DNA of 64,000 nucleotides from contig JAXLNO010000213.1 in NCBI GenBank assembly GCA_038087875.1, positions 186,001 to 250,000 on the forward strand, given 5' to 3'. Below are positions 11,780 through 25,880 of the stretch, in pieces. The stretch is from Malacoraja senta. Its lineage: Eukaryota. Positions within the stretch are counted from its first letter, which is position 1; the number at the start of each line of letters is the position of its first letter. The translations under genes and the position numbers were made by a program. Under the pieces are notes generated by a model that searched no databases, had not been told where the DNA came from, and was given only the letters and a program-made list of their open reading frames with translations.

Positions 11780-14070
11780 TATCGGAGTGGATATTGTGAG
11801 CACAGGGTTCCCGGGTCCGAGGGGTTGAAATACCGCGGCTTGGTTTGGATTACACCGGTCCCCGGGTGCTGGAAAGGGAGTGTGGATTACACATGGTCCT
11901 GGACCTGCGGGGCAGGTTACACAAATAATCAGGTCCCGAGACGGAATGTCGATTCCACAGGGTCACGGGTGCAGGAAAGGTGGTGTGGATTACCTCTGGT
12001 CCAGGACCTGGGATGCTGATTAAACAAGGAGCCGGGTCCTGGGAAGGGATTGTGGATTACACAGCGTCCCGGGTGCTTGGCGGGTGTGTGCATTACACAG
12101 GGTCCAGGGTGCTGGAATGGTGGTGTGGATTACAAAGATCCCGGGTACTAGACCGGGGTGTGGATTACACATGCTCCTCGATCTGGGGATGCTGATTACA
12201 CAAGGACCCGATTAAACAGTGTCCTGGATCCCGGGACGATGGTTTGGATTGCACATAGTTCCAGGCTAGTCTGTAATTTTTACACCGTGTCCTAGGACGA
12301 GGTTTGTTCAGTACCCATGTCCCTGCACTGCCCAACGTCCTGGAATCTGGGGTGGGATCATAAAGGGTTCTGGGACGGAGGTTTTGGATCAAAAGCCGCG
12401 CCGAGCGGTGCGGAGCCACTGCGTCCTCGGACAAATCATATTGATTAGTAAGTAAGTAAGTTTATTGGCCAAGTATTCACATACAAGAATTTGCCTTGAT
12501 GCTCCGCCCACAAGTAAGAATATGACAAACAGTGACAGTTACGAATGGCTCAGGAAACACTAAACATTAATAATAATAAAACATTAATGATAAAACACCA
12601 TTGATCAAGCGTGTGAACCAATAAAATACCAGGTCAAAGGGAGGCTACAGATTTTTGGCTGCTGAGTACAGCAACTACTCGTGGATAAAAACTTTTAATG
12701 TCTGGCTTTGGCAGCTTTGACCATCCGGAGTCGCCTTCCAGAGGGGAAGTGATTGAAAGAGTTTGTGGCCATGGTGAGGCGGGTCAGAGATGATCTTGCC
12801 CGCTCGCTTCCTGGCCCTTGCAGTGTACATTTCATCAATGGAGGGAAGGTTACAAATGGTCATGGTGCACACAGTGTTCTGGGTCCTGGCATGGGGTCGT
12901 AGATTACACAGATTTATGTGGCGTCGTGTGTGGATTGATAGAAAACATCCTGAACTAAACAGTGTCTGTGTCCTGGCACAGGAGTGTGGATTACACTGGG
13001 TCCAAGCCGTAGAGTGGCAGTGTATGGGTCAGGGGTCTGTATCCTGTGATTACAGATGGTGTCACTGATTGAACATGGTTTTCAATCGCGGGACGGGTTG
13101 TTAGTTACACGTGGCCCTGGGCTCTGGTGCGTCAATGATAGTTTCAGTATCCTGGGATGTCGATAAAACAGAGCCCTGGGACGACGAGGTGTGGACAAGA
13201 CTGAGACCCGGGCCGGAGATTTGTGGATTACACAGGGGTTGTGTCCCTGGTCGGCCGGCGTGGGTCACACATGATCCTTAGACGGGCGGTGGGTGTGGAT
13301 AACACAGTGTCCTGGGTGGGGGGGTGTGGAATACACAGTGTCGTGGGCGGGGGATGTGGATAAAAACAGTGTCGTGGGCGGGAGATGTGGAATACACAGT
13401 GTCGTGGGCGGGGGATGTGGAATACAGTGTCGTGGGCGGGGGAAATGTGGATTACACAGTGTCCTGGGGCGGAGGATGTGGATTACACAGTGTCCAGGGC
13501 GGGGGATGTGGATTACACAGTGTCGTGGCGGGCGAGGGGATGTGGATTACACAGTGTCCAGGGAGGGGGATTTGGATTACACAGTGTCCAGGGCTGGGGA
13601 TGTGGATTACACAGTGTCGTGGGCGGAGGATGTGGGTAACACAGTGTCGTGGGCGGAGGATGTGGAATACACAGTGTCGTGGGTGGGGGATGTGGATTAC
13701 ACCGTGTCCAGGGCGGGGGATGTGGAATACACAGTGTCGTGGGCGGAGGATGTGGATTACACAGTGTGGGCGGGGGATGTGGATTACACAGTGTTGTGTG
13801 TGGAGGATGTGGAATACACAGTGTCCAGGGCGGGGGATGTGGAATACACAGTGTCCAGGGCGGGGGATGTGGAATACACAGTGTCCAGGGCGGGGGATGT
13901 GGAATACACAGTGTCGTGGGCGGCGGATGTGGATTACACAGTGTGGTTGCCGGGCGGGGGGGATGTGGAATATACAGTGTGGTTGCCGGGCGGGGGCGGG
14001 GGGGGGGGGGGGATTAGGAATACACCAGTGTCGTTGCCGGGCGGGGGGGGGGTGTGGAAACACCACAGCA
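11780..14070 (+). repeat. About 30-bp minisatellite (GATGTGGATTACACAGTGTCGTGGGCGGGG), homogeneous 13293-14070, degenerate upstream
   Basis: Recurring GTGGATTACACAG core; interrupted by a Rex1 fragment. Confidence 0.9.
12447..12870 (-). mobile_element. Rex1/Babar-like LINE 3' fragment
   Basis: LPSIDEMYTARARKRAGKIISDP.H.GH.LF..LP, with a (TAAG)n tail on the plus strand; near-copy at 44306-44915. Confidence 0.8.
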
Positions 14071-14902
14071 CACGAAAAGGCATTTCGGCCCATAACAAGT
14101 TAAATTAGTGTCATCTGCTTACACATGATCCATATCCCTGAGGAATTTGTCTATCCACGTGCCTATAGGAATACCTCATAAACTCCATGATACTAACAGC
14201 CTCCACCACTAACATTAAAAACGCATCTGCCACCCTCTGTGTGAAGAATCGTGCCCCACACATTTCAATTGATCTTTGCTCTCTTACTTTAAACCCATGC
14301 CTTCTAGCCTTGTATTTTCATCAATATGCTAAACCTTTAACGCCCTCTCCAAATGCTTCACACCCTGCAGCGGAGAGCAGATCAGAACTCGTGGGTCAGG
14401 CAGCATTTGTGGTGGGGATAGACAGCGCTGTTTCCTGATAGTTCCTTCCCCCAGACTTCTTCATGGTCCCCATACAAAACGCCATCTGTCAATTCCCTGC
14501 GCAGATACAGCCCGACCCGAGGATTTCCTCCATCAATTTGTGTTTTCCTCGCATTGTTTATTCCGCTTCAGATTTACGTCGGCAACTGTAACGCAGTCAG
14601 ATATGGTGAGATATGCAACCGGGCAAATGAAGCATAAGGCGGAATAGGAGGGAAACGTGTACCACATATGACAATAGACACCAGACAATAGGCGCACGGG
14701 TAGGCCATTTGTCCCTTCGAGCCTGCACCGCCATTCTATGTCAGTATGTGCGCAGTAGGTCTTTGGGCATTTGAGTGAGAATATTGGGAGATCAAAGTGG
14801 GATGAGATAAAATGTATGTTGAAATATCAGCATGGATCGGTGGATCAAGTAGCTGCTTCTGTAATGTATGGACCCACGAACAAACAAGTGCACGTATTGC
14901 TC

Positions 14903-15777
14903 TCAGTGGAATTTAATCCCGTTCAACAGCTCCTGTCTGAATTTACTCTGGGTCACCACGTAAATACACGTGTTGGTGCAGGAACTGAGCAGCTGCAGGA
15001 ACATCGACGTGGCTCTCGTGATATAGTAATAACCGGTGGGGGAGCCGTCATATCCGGTCTTCGCAATACTGGTAAAGATGATAAAGACAGCTTGTGTTGC
15101 CCACAGCAATATGAAAGTGCCCGTGACACTGAAGAGTAAAACAATGGATTTCCTGCGGTCCTCCATCTGCGGGTCCTTGTCATTCTCTCCGTGGCTTTTA
15201 CCCCGGAGCCCCCTGCGGACTCTGCTGGCAGCTACAACCCGCATGACCGTCAGCACATTGAGCAGAAGGATCAGAAAGAACGGGATACACGGGGTTAGAA
15301 CGCGATGTGTGACATCGTATGCGATCCATGCAGACGACGTATAGAAGGTGGGTTTGGTGTAGCAACGCCAGGGAAGATTATTAAACATGTAGCCAGGTTC
15401 TAACGTGAAACACCGGGGGGCGTTCTCTAAACAGCCCAGCACACCCACTGCCCCGATAATCACAGCCGCCGTTCTCTCAGTGCAATATCTTGTTTTCAGC
15501 TTCTCACAACAAATAGCAACAAACCGATCGAAGGTGAAGGCGACCGTCAGCCAGACAGAGACCGCGGTGATTGTAAAGACCAGGAACGAGATAGTCACGC
15601 ACACGGGAGTAATGTTCAGCAAAGAATACGGGAAGTGAATTTTAATAGTCTGACGTAGAAACGGATCAGTGATGCCGACCAGAAGATCATACACTGCCAT
15701 GGCCACCAGGTACCTTGTGATGCATTTGGAGAGACCGCATTTACCTCGACAGAGAATCACAATCGCCAGCAAGTTCA
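14903..15777 (-). CDS. GPR139/GPR142-like class A GPCR, exon 2
   Basis: 7TM motifs: NLLAIVIL..GKCGLSKCITRYLVAMA, SVWLTVAFTFDRFVAIC, PCIPFFLILLLN, SSCTNTCIY. Polypyrimidine tract and CAG acceptor at 15778-15800. Open to stop at 14903. Confidence 0.85.
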
Positions 15778-17004
15778 CTGTGAGAGAGAGAAGAGATATT
15801 ACTGATACAAAACCCGCAAAATGTATCTGAGGGACATTGTCTGATTGAAAGGTTTTCAAACTTGGATGCGTTGACCAAATGAACTTTAGCTCCGACATAG
15901 TTCAGAGACTGCAGCCTTTGGACCACGGTGTCCACGCACCTCATCAAACACCAATGTATATTACGTTCACAGCTTTTAATTCTCCCCACATTCTTATCAA
16001 CTGTCCCCCAGATTGTATCATCCATCCATCCATCTACACAAAGTCCCGTATCCAGTAGTTACAGAAAGCACTAATAGGCAGTACCTCAATTGCATGTGGT
16101 AGGAACCAAGAGCGCAGCTGTGAGTAGCGCGGCGTCTGAGGACGAACGATGAAACATTGCACATAGGAGGTTGAGATTGAACCTGCGTCTCCGGAACTGT
16201 GCGACACCGGCAGTACTGACTGTGGCACGGTGGCAAGGATGCACAGATACATCTGCGGTAATACATTCGAATTTACAGATCGTCCAAAGAAGAGGATGTC
16301 AAGATACAATAGACAATAGGTGCAGGAGTAGGCCATTCGCCATTCAATGAGATCATGGCTGATCATCCCCAATCAGAACCCCACTAGTCACTGCCTGCCA
16401 TTCTGAAAGGGACCCGTTAATCCCTACTCTTTGTTTCCTGTCTGCCAACCAATTTTCTATCCATGTCAGCATTCAACCTCCAATACCAAGTGCCCTAATT
16501 TTGCCCACTAATCTCCTATGTGGGACCTTATCAAATGATTTCTGAAAGTCCAGGTACACTACATCCACTGGCTCTCCCTTGTCCATTTTCCTAGTTACAT
16601 TCCAGAAGATTAGTCAAGCATGATTTCCCCTTCGTAAATCCATGCTGACGCGGACCGATCCTGTTACTGCTATCCAAATACATAACATTAACTGACAGAA
16701 TATTACGTGACAACATTTGTTTACATCTGAATTAACGCATAGTAAAATCGTGACACTTTCATAGAGTCAGAAACCAGCTCGTGACATTCACCTGCTTTAT
16801 CTAATGAGCTGTAGAATTACAGGTCTAACACGGGATAACGCTTCACGCAGCGACGACTGCAGAAAATATATAGATTATATATTCAGTTAAGCAGGGTTGT
16901 CCGATTGGGAACAGATGTCATTTCACTAACTGGTTTCAGACTATCCATGGATGGAGTCCAAGGTGCAATTCTCTCAGCTCCTGGTCAACATATATCCAAT
17001 CTCA

Positions 17005-17530
17005 GGGTCCCCTAATTTGAGGAAGGACATTCTTGCTATTGAGGGAGTGCAGCGTAGGTTCACCAGGTTAATTCCCGGGATGGCGGGACTGTCATGCTGA
17101 GAGAATGGAGCGGCTGGGCTTGTACACTCTGGAGTTAAGAAGGATGAGAGGAGATCTTATTGAAACATATAAGATTATTAAGAGTTTGTACACGCTGGAG
17201 GCAGGAAACATGTTTCCGATGTTGGGGAAGTCCAGAACCAAGGGCCACAGTTTAATAATAAGAAATAAGCCATTTAGAACGGAGACGAGGAAATATATTT
17301 TCTCACAGAGAGTTGTGAATCTGTGGAATTCTCTGCCTCAGAGGGCGGTGGAGGCCGGTTCTCTGGATACTTTCAAGAGAGAGCTAGATTGGACTTAAAA
17401 ATAGCAGAGTGAGGGGATATGGGGTGAAGGCAGGAACGGGGTACTGATTGGGGCTGATTAGCCATGATCACATTGAATGGCGGTGGTGGGTCGAATGGCC
17501 GACTCCTGCAACTATTGTCTGTTGTCTATT
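17005..17530 (+). mobile_element. CR1/HER1-like LINE 3' fragment within the GPCR intron
   Basis: ERLGLYTLELRRMRGDLIETYKI...RVVNLWNSLP; also present in the paralogous introns at 45690-46225 and 63790-64000. Confidence 0.9.
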
Positions 17531-17789
17531 GTGAATAACTGATACCTGCTCTCTGGTCAGGGATCTGGCCAACGCAATCAGTACAAAGAGTGATGCAGGC
17601 CAGAATAAACAACGGGCAAGACGTACACATTACGGCAGTTACAGTAGGAAAATGGATGTCTGGCCAAATTAAACAAGTGAATTATTGAAACAGAAAAAAA
17701 ATTGCTTAACGTCGGCAGGCAGCGCCGGTGTGGACGGAATGTCTCCCAGCTAATGCAGGTAGATGAAAATCAATGACCAAAGAAATTAC

Positions 17790-17859
17790 CGGAAACCGCG
17801 ACAGCCGCTTTTGCAGGGTTATATATATCCTCAATTCGATAGATCAATGTATATCCCAT
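17790..17859 (-). CDS. GPR139-like GPCR exon 1 (MGYTLIYRIEDIYNPAKAAVAVS-G)
   Basis: ATG at 17859; 70-nt exon ending G|GTAATT. Phase 1 joins exon 2 (TG AAC) to give V-N-L in frame, 314 aa in total. Confidence 0.75.
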
Positions 17860-18220
17860 AACTGGAAGACACAATTAACTCCTGTGGCTCCGGCAGTCCG
17901 TCAACGCTGCAGCTCTGTGGCGATGCGTTTTGGAGGGCACCAAGATATATAGAACGATAGGTCTCCAGCGACATGACCTCATACCTGCTGATTGTCATTA
18001 ATGACACTCACGGAACAAACACCTTGCATCACAGCCGCTGAATCCACCACGGGAGATTACAAGCAAATAATTGAAGGATCGACTGAAAAAAACACAAAAC
18101 GAGTCGCTGAACTCTGAACCCTAAATAACGGTCTCGATGCGAAACGTCACCTGCACCAAATAACGTTGCACGATCACTTGAGTGACTCCAGCACTTTACT
18201 TCGATGAATATAAGAATTAA

Positions 18221-18250
18221 CTAGATTAAGTGGGACCAATGGGGTCCCAG
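18221..18250 (-). mobile_element. Helitron-like 3' terminus
   Basis: Minus strand TGGGACC-CCATT-GGTCCCA hairpin followed by CTTAATCTAG|T. Confidence 0.6.
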
Positions 18251-19114
18251 CTTCACAGGGGAGGGTTGGTCCACCCCCCCCCCAACGCAATATTCCACCT
18301 CTCCGCCAATTCCAATATTGCTGGCTAGTGGGGTGGGTGTTGTGGGCCGAAGGGGCTAACTTACAGAGCGCTAGTATGGACATTGTGGGCCGAATGGATT
18401 CTTGGGCTGGCAGCTCAATCTATGAGGCCTGGCAACTCAGTCACTCAGGCCTGGCAGGCTGGCAGCTCAGTAACTCAGGCCTGGCGGGCTGGCAGCTCAG
18501 AAACCGCCAGAAATTCTGCCCTAAAGAGGTGACAGACTCTTTGAGAGAGAAGGGGAGAGTGTGGAGTATCAATTTTAGACATTTTGATATTGTTTTACAG
18601 ATCTCCGCAATGAAGGTGGAAGATCACTGGAGAGGTAGTATGGATGTTGTGGGCTGAAGAGACAGGTTTCCAGAGGGCTAGTATGGACATTGTGGACTGA
18701 ATGGATTCATGGACTCGCAGTTCAGTGAGTCATCACTGGTGGGCTGGCCGTTCACTAAGTCATGGCTGGTGGGCTGGCACTTCAGTCACTTACAGCTGGT
18801 GGGCTGGCAGTTCATTTACTCATGGCTGGTGGGCTGGCATTCCAGTCACTCATGGCTGTGTGGTGGCAGTTCACTCTGTCACAAATCCTCCCTTCATCCC
18901 CACCCCCACTCTGCTCCTTGCCATTCCCCTTCCCCACACGCATTCAGTCCATCTCCACTCAACCTCCCCCCGCTGAACTGTTAGTGGCACTCCGACAGCG
19001 TAGTCATTCCTGCATGTTAGGTCCCTATTGTGATGAGGAACACACAGGCATGGTAAGTGGAAAAAGGATTTATTAAAGTTGAAAATGTGAATGACTTAAA
19101 ATATAACAACAACT

Positions 19115-22100
19115 GACTTCCGGTGGCGCCATGTTGGACTGAACAGGCGTAGCATTTAGCTCCGTGCCCGTAATAGGCGAATTTTCGCTTTAAAAATTGA
19201 TTTGGAAGTCGGGACCGTGTGTAAAAACTTACCGGAGCTGCTTGTCGCGGTGCTGATGACGTCATCAGAAATCGCCGCGAAAATAATGGTTTAAGCTATT
19301 TTAAATGAAAAGAACGACTTCCTGTCAGGGCCCTCAGAGATCTGTCTCCAAGCAACTTCTGAAAAAACAGTCACCACCTGAAAAAATTCAAGAACCTGAA
19401 GAAGTAACTGCTGAACTTCAAGAACCTGAAGAAGTAACTGCTGAACTAGCCCTGAAAATGACTACAATATCAAAGGCTGAAATGGCTGAAAAAGTTTTAA
19501 AGGACAAAGAGATGGAGGAAATTAAGACATCGGTGAGTGACTTAAAAAATGAACTTTTGGCATGTAATAAAAGTATGATGGAGAGCATGATGAAGAACAT
19601 GAACACTGGGAATCAGAAAGTAATTGATTCAATCGGTAATATAAATAAACGAATAGACGATGTTCATGGTGAATTATCTTTGAAAATTGATAAGGTGGAA
19701 GAAGATTAAATATGGAAAGATTATGAAGTATGGGACGGACACTATCAGACTTTTTAGAGGCTATCCTTATGAAATTGCTAAAAAACGAGAAGCGTTTAAA
19801 AATACACAACAGATCTTGAAAGGGCATCAGATATGGAATAATTTATCCAGCTAAGATGATCATTACTTATAATGGTACCGAACGCAAATTTAATGATCCA
19901 GAAGCTGCTTACAAATACGCTCAAGACATCGTAAAAGAAATAGAGGCTTAAGTAAAACATCACATCCTCAAGACAAGGTTTTTATTCTACAGACAACGGC
20001 TGAGGGAAGGTCGATAGAAATAACTTAATTTTTTTTTTTAAAAAAGGATTAAGATGGCGCAGCTTCTCCATGTGCGGCTGTCTAGACTCAAGGACAAATT
20101 CGGCTCTAACATGAGCGAAAGATGGAATAACAAGGGCGTGGCAGAATGAGCAACCTAATGAAGATGGATGGAAAAAAATTCCTGAATGAAAGACTGTTAA
20201 AATTTTATCCCTACACTAATTCCATACTAACACAAAAACTACTGAACTAATATGGTAATAGTAATTAAAGTTATAGAAATTAACACACAGTGATAGTAAT
20301 TGATTTAAAATTGAATTGCTTAATTGATAAAATGTAATAATTCATTATAAGGATTGCCCCCTCCCCCCGGGTAGGGGAGGAGGGGGGCTAAATATAAGTA
20401 AATAGATTTACAACAGACTAACAAATTAATTTAGAAATTATGATAAACTGTAGTTCAAATTTTGTGTGGAAGGAGGAGAGGAGATTCAGAATCTTGGCAA
20501 ATAGCCAGGTGCCTGAATCGGGTTAACCCCTTCCAAACAAAGGCAGGTTAGTATGGAAGGGGAAGAAAATGTAATCATTGTTAACATAAGTAAATGGTAG
20601 ATAAGTTTGAAGATCAGAGAAGATTTATTTAGATATAAAGATATGGTAGATATGGTAAGGCTGACACATAAAATTTGTCTTTGAATGGGTCCCAACTCCC
20701 TTTTGTAAGATTATTCAAGGGGACGGAGCTAAATGTAGATTAACAACTACGGAAGTCATTAATTGTGTAACTACCACCATTAGGTGGATAATTGGTCACA
20801 GTGTCGTCATTTTTAGACACTGTAACCTCACTTTTTTGATTTTTTTTAAAATGTCACAATAATGTACACTTTTTTGTTTCTTTACTTAAGGACAATTTTG
20901 AGAGGGATGTAATAACTGAATTTAATATTGCAAATGCTCGCCCAACAGCCAGAGACCTATGGTATTGTTTGCACCACATGTTTAAAAGGTATTAAATAAT
21001 TCAAAATGCAAGGCGATAAACAAAAGAAATTTGGAGAAATCACGTTCTGCAGTTGGAATATTAGGGGTGCTAATGAACCAATTAAAAGGGGTAAGATTTT
21101 TGCACAATTGAAGTCACTCAATACGGACATAATATTCCTACAAGAAACTCACTTGAAACTGCAAGCTCAAGCCAGATTGAAGGCAAACTGGATATGCCAA
21201 ACATACCAATCTTCATATATTTCCAAAGCTAGAGGCACAGCAATCATTATTCGAAAAGGTATACCATTTAAATCGAAGAATATCATGACAGATAAGGAAG
21301 GGAGATACCTTATAGTTACCGGAGAGACTCATGCTACCCCAATTACCTTGGTAAATATTTATGCACCTAATTTTGATAATCCTCAATTTTTTAATAAAAT
21401 TCTGAATATAATTACAGAGTTCAATTATCAAAATGTGATAATTGCGGGAGATTTTAATTGTGTTTTAGGTCCATATTTGGATAAATCTTCACAACAGAGT
21501 AGGGGCAACACAAAATCTAAAACCAGGGAAATCTTAAATACTTACATAAAAAATACAAATATAACAGGATCGCTAAACCTGTAGGACGGGAATACTCGTT
21601 TTATTCAATGGTACACAAAACGTATTCACGTATCGACTATTTCTTAGTGGATACAAAACTAATTCCCTATACAATAAATCCAAAATATCACAATAGTATA
21701 ATTTCTGATCACTCCCCGTTAACTTTTTTTTTTAATTAGAAGGAATGCCTTCTAATAAATCGTTTTGGAGGTTTAATCCTCAAATCTTAAATGACCCACA
21801 AGGGGAAATATATTTAAAACAACAGATGGAACTTTTTTAAAATAATAATGACACCCCAGATACCTCACCAGTTCTACTATGGGAATCATTCAAAGCAGTT
21901 ATTAGAGGATCTATAATCTCATACCAAGCTTTTTTAAATAAAAGGAATAAGAAAGAACAAAGGCACTTAGAAGAACGAATTAGAGAATTGGAATTAGATA
22001 ATGCTAAAGAGCAAACATAATAAAATAACAATAATGACATTTAAATTAAACAAAATATTATCAGCAAATGTTATTAGATTATTTCAAATCACAAAACAGG

Positions 22101-25044
22101 AACATTTTGAATTTGAGGATAAACCACACAAGCTTCTGGCTCGACAACTGAAAAAACGGGAAAAGGACCACACGATTTTAAAGATTAAATCAGAAAAAAG
22201 GGGGAATTGTTAACACTACCTAAGGATATTAATAAAAGATTCGCTCAATTTTATCAAAATTTATATACATCTAAAGCGGTAGCAGATAGTACCAAAGTTA
22301 GAGATTTCCTGGACAATTGTAATCTCCCAAAACTCAATGTGAGTGAACAAGAGGAATTAGGTGCACAAGTCTCAACTAAGGAAGTAGAAGAAACAATAAA
22401 TACATTAAAGAATGGAAAAACTCCAGGACCAGATGGTTTTAGTAATGAATTCTATAAAAGATTTTACGAGATAATTACACCACGACTACATAAAATGTAT
22501 ACATATGCTTTTAAAGAACATACACTTCCAGAAACATTGGCGGAGTCAACGATTACACTTATACCTAAAAAAGGTAAAGATTTAGAAGATCCGGGTTCTT
22601 ATAGAGCTATTGCGCTGTTAAATACAGATCAAAAAATATTAGCGAAAACATTACCTAGAAGGCTAAGTAACTATGTTAGTAAATTAATAAATCCGGATCA
22701 AACAGGGTTTCTACCCAAGAGATACTCAAGCAATAACCTGAGACGTCTGTTTAATATAATGCACTCACATCAAACCGAAGAGCAAGACTTATCAATTATT
22801 TCACTGGACGCAGAAAAAGCATTTGATCAAGTGGAATGGGATTATATGGTTAAAGTATTGCAAACATTTCAAGTGGGAGAGAATTTTATCGCTTGGGTAA
22901 AATTATTATATGATAGGCCTACGGCCAGAATATTAACTAATAATATGTTGTCCTCGAAATTTCAGTTATCAAGGGGAAATAGACAGGGGTGTTCATTATC
23001 ACCTCTGCTATTTGCTCTTGTAATAGAACCGTTAGCGGGAAGTATTAGGATACATCCGAATATTCATGGGTACAATACAAAATATTCAAATAATAAGATA
23101 TCTTTATATGCACATGATGTACTATTATATATTACAAAATCACAAACTAGTATACCAAATATATTAAATTTAATTGAGGAATTTGGATCCTTTTCAAGAT
23201 ATAGAATAAATTGGAATAGAAGTGAAATTATGACGATTAAACCTCAAGAATCGACACACCTGTTAAAATTCCCTTTTAAAATCGCCAGAAAAATTTAAAT
23301 ATTTGGGAATTGAAATTACTAGAAAATATAAATCTCTATTTAATGCAAACTATAATAATATAAAATATTGGGGAGTGATAATCCACCAAATTCCTTAGGT
23401 TTACACAAATGTTTTCTTTGGATTCTGTGGGATTTATAGTCCCATATAAAGTTTGTAATAACAGCATCCAATTTTTAAAAAAAATTGTTGGTAAGTATAT
23501 CGGTATAGACTGGAATAGATATAAAATTTGTGGTAAAAAAGATCATTTTTATAGCATTTGTTCGGCCTATAAGAGACATCGGGAGGTTTTTCCAGAATTT
23601 AATCAGTGTGTTTAGTTTATTGAGTAAGGGCATACTCAATGGAGAGAGAGGACTGTTCCCCTTTTAACATAAGAGCGATCCTTCTCTCACCAACAAAAAT
23701 GAAGAATACAATATATAGTAAAAATCCAATTATTCATAGTACAATTAGAATTTGGAAACAAATAAAATTAACGTTAAAATTAAGAAATCTATCACTTCTT
23801 TCACCTATAATGAATAACCCTTCGTTTAAACCTTCTATGATAGATAGAGCTTTTATAAATTGGGAAAGAGTAGGAATTAAAACATTTGATGTGTATGATA
23901 ATGGTAGTTATTTAACATTTCACCAATTACAATTTAAATACAACTTGAATAGTAATCAATATTTCAAATATTTTCAACTACGTGACTATTTGAAAAAGTA
24001 TACACGAGAATATCAAACTATGTCTCCTGACCTATTAGACGGGATAATGAATCTAAAAGCGGAATCAGCTAATTTAATATCATACCTATATAATCCATTT
24101 TAAATATAGAAATTCAATCATTGGACGGGATTAGAAGAGAATGGGAACAGGAACTAGCTATAAAAATCTCGAAAGAGAGTTGGGATAAACATCTATTATA
24201 TGTGCATAAATGTTCGATTAACGTAAGACATACTCTGATTCAATTTAAATTTTTACATAGATTATATTATTCAAAAGCTAAATTAAGTAAATTTTACCCA
24301 AATACCTCTGCTAACTGTGATAAATGCCTAGTCCAAGAATCAACTATAGCACATTCTTTTGTTTTCTGTACAAAAATTCAAAAATTTTGGAATGACATTT
24401 TTGAAATTTTCACTAAATTATTTAAAATAAAACTGAAACCGAATGCAGAATTGATTATTTTTGGAACAATAGAAGCAAGTTTGGAGCTGACTGCGTTTCA
24501 AAGGAGTTTTCTTAGTTATGCCTTAATAACGGAAAAAAAACTGATACTGAAATGTTGGAAAAATGCTCCTACGCCAACAATAAAAACGTGGACTTCTAAT
24601 ATGTCGGCATTGTTACATCTAGAAGATATGAGATTCCTCCTAGCAGGTAAACAAGACCAATTCCAAAAGATTTGGTCTCCATATATCGACTTATTACAAA
24701 CATAGGGTGCAACAAAATGTTGATAATAAATAGTTTTAGGACCTGGCGAGGGATGAGTAAAGATAAGAAGTAGGTACATCCCTTTCATATTGTCCTATCT
24801 TATTTTCTCTTTTTTCTTTTTTTCTTTTCTTCTTTAACTACTTCTTGTGGTTTAGGTTCACATGTGTGTTCCTGGACCACTTTTTCATTCACTCACTGAC
24901 TGTCTTTGCTAGCTCTTTCTATCCTTTCTTTCTATTGAAGTTGAAAAACAGAAGTGGTACAAGAACTGTATACATTTACGTTATTGCAGATTACTGTAAT
25001 GTAAAATACTTGTAATAAAAAAATTTAAAAAATAAAAAATATAT
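19115..25044 (+). mobile_element. End-to-end but inactivated L1/Tx1-type LINE
   Basis: 14-bp TSD ATATAACAACAACT (19101-14 and 25045-58). 5' GACTTCCGG, coiled-coil ORF1 19305-19950 (internally deleted), APE domain (SWNIRG, LQETH, AGDFN) from 21006, RT (LDAEKAFD, RQGCSLSPLLF), C-terminal Cys motif, A-rich tail. Confidence 0.92.
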
Positions 25045-25229
25045 ATATAACAACAACTTAAATGTTAAAGATTAGATTTATTGTTCAATTCTATCTTGTT
25101 GTGTCTCGTGTTGTGTTCTCCTGTTCAATGCCTCTTGTTCTCTCTGTGCGGTTGATAAAAAAGTGACAATTTTAATATAGGAAGATTGAGCGTTCAAATT
25201 TTAACAAAGAAAATCTGAGATCTGAGATC

Positions 25230-25880
25230 ATTCAGTGCAGGCCAGCAAATTCAATTTAATAGCATGTTAAGCAGAGTGCAGGCCAGCAAATCCAATCTCA
25301 CAGCATTTCAAACGGAGTGCAGGCCAGCAAATCCAATCTCACAGCATTTCAAGCAGAGTGCAGGCCAGCAAATCCAATCTCACAGCATTTCAAACGGACT
25401 GCAGGCCAGCAAATCCAATCTCACAGCATTTCAAGCGGAATGCAGGCCAGCAAATCCAATCTCACAACATTTCAAGCAGAGTGCAGGCCAGCAAATGCAA
25501 TCTCACAGCATTTCAAGCGGACTGCAGACCAATATCACAGCATTTCAAACGGAGTGCACGCGAGCAAATCCAATCTCACAGCATTTCAAGCGGAGTGCAG
25601 GCCAGCAAATCAAATCTCACAGGATTTCAAGCAGAGTGCAGGCCAGCAAATCCAATCTCACAGCATTTCAAGCAGTGCAGGCCAGCCAATCAAATCTAAC
25701 AGCATTTCAAGCAGGCCTGCAAATCCAATCTCACAGCCTTTCACGCAGAATGCAGGCCAGCAAATCTAATCTCACATCATTTCAAGCGGAGTGCCGGCCA
25801 GCAAATACAATCTCACAGCATTTCAAGCAGAGTGCAGGCCAGCGAATTCAACTCACATCATTTCAAGCAGAGTCGGACTC
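25230..25880 (+). repeat. 41-bp minisatellite (TGCAGGCCAGCAAATCCAATCTCACAGCATTTCAAGCAGAG); second array 28845-29430
   Basis: Contiguous tandem units with 41-bp period. Confidence 0.95.

Noticed and set aside
13293..14108. Gly/Cys-rich ORFs (keratin-like appearance)
   Set aside because: Translations of a 30-bp minisatellite, open in multiple frames and on both strands.
15778..15898. N-terminal 40 aa of the 331-aa GPCR ORF
   Set aside because: Intronic read-through upstream of a clear acceptor; a phase-matched exon 1 exists at 17790-17859.
25230..25880. 41-bp repeat array as a CRISPR array or repeat protein
   Set aside because: Units are contiguous with no unique spacers, there are no cas genes, the context is eukaryotic, and ORFs are open in several frames.
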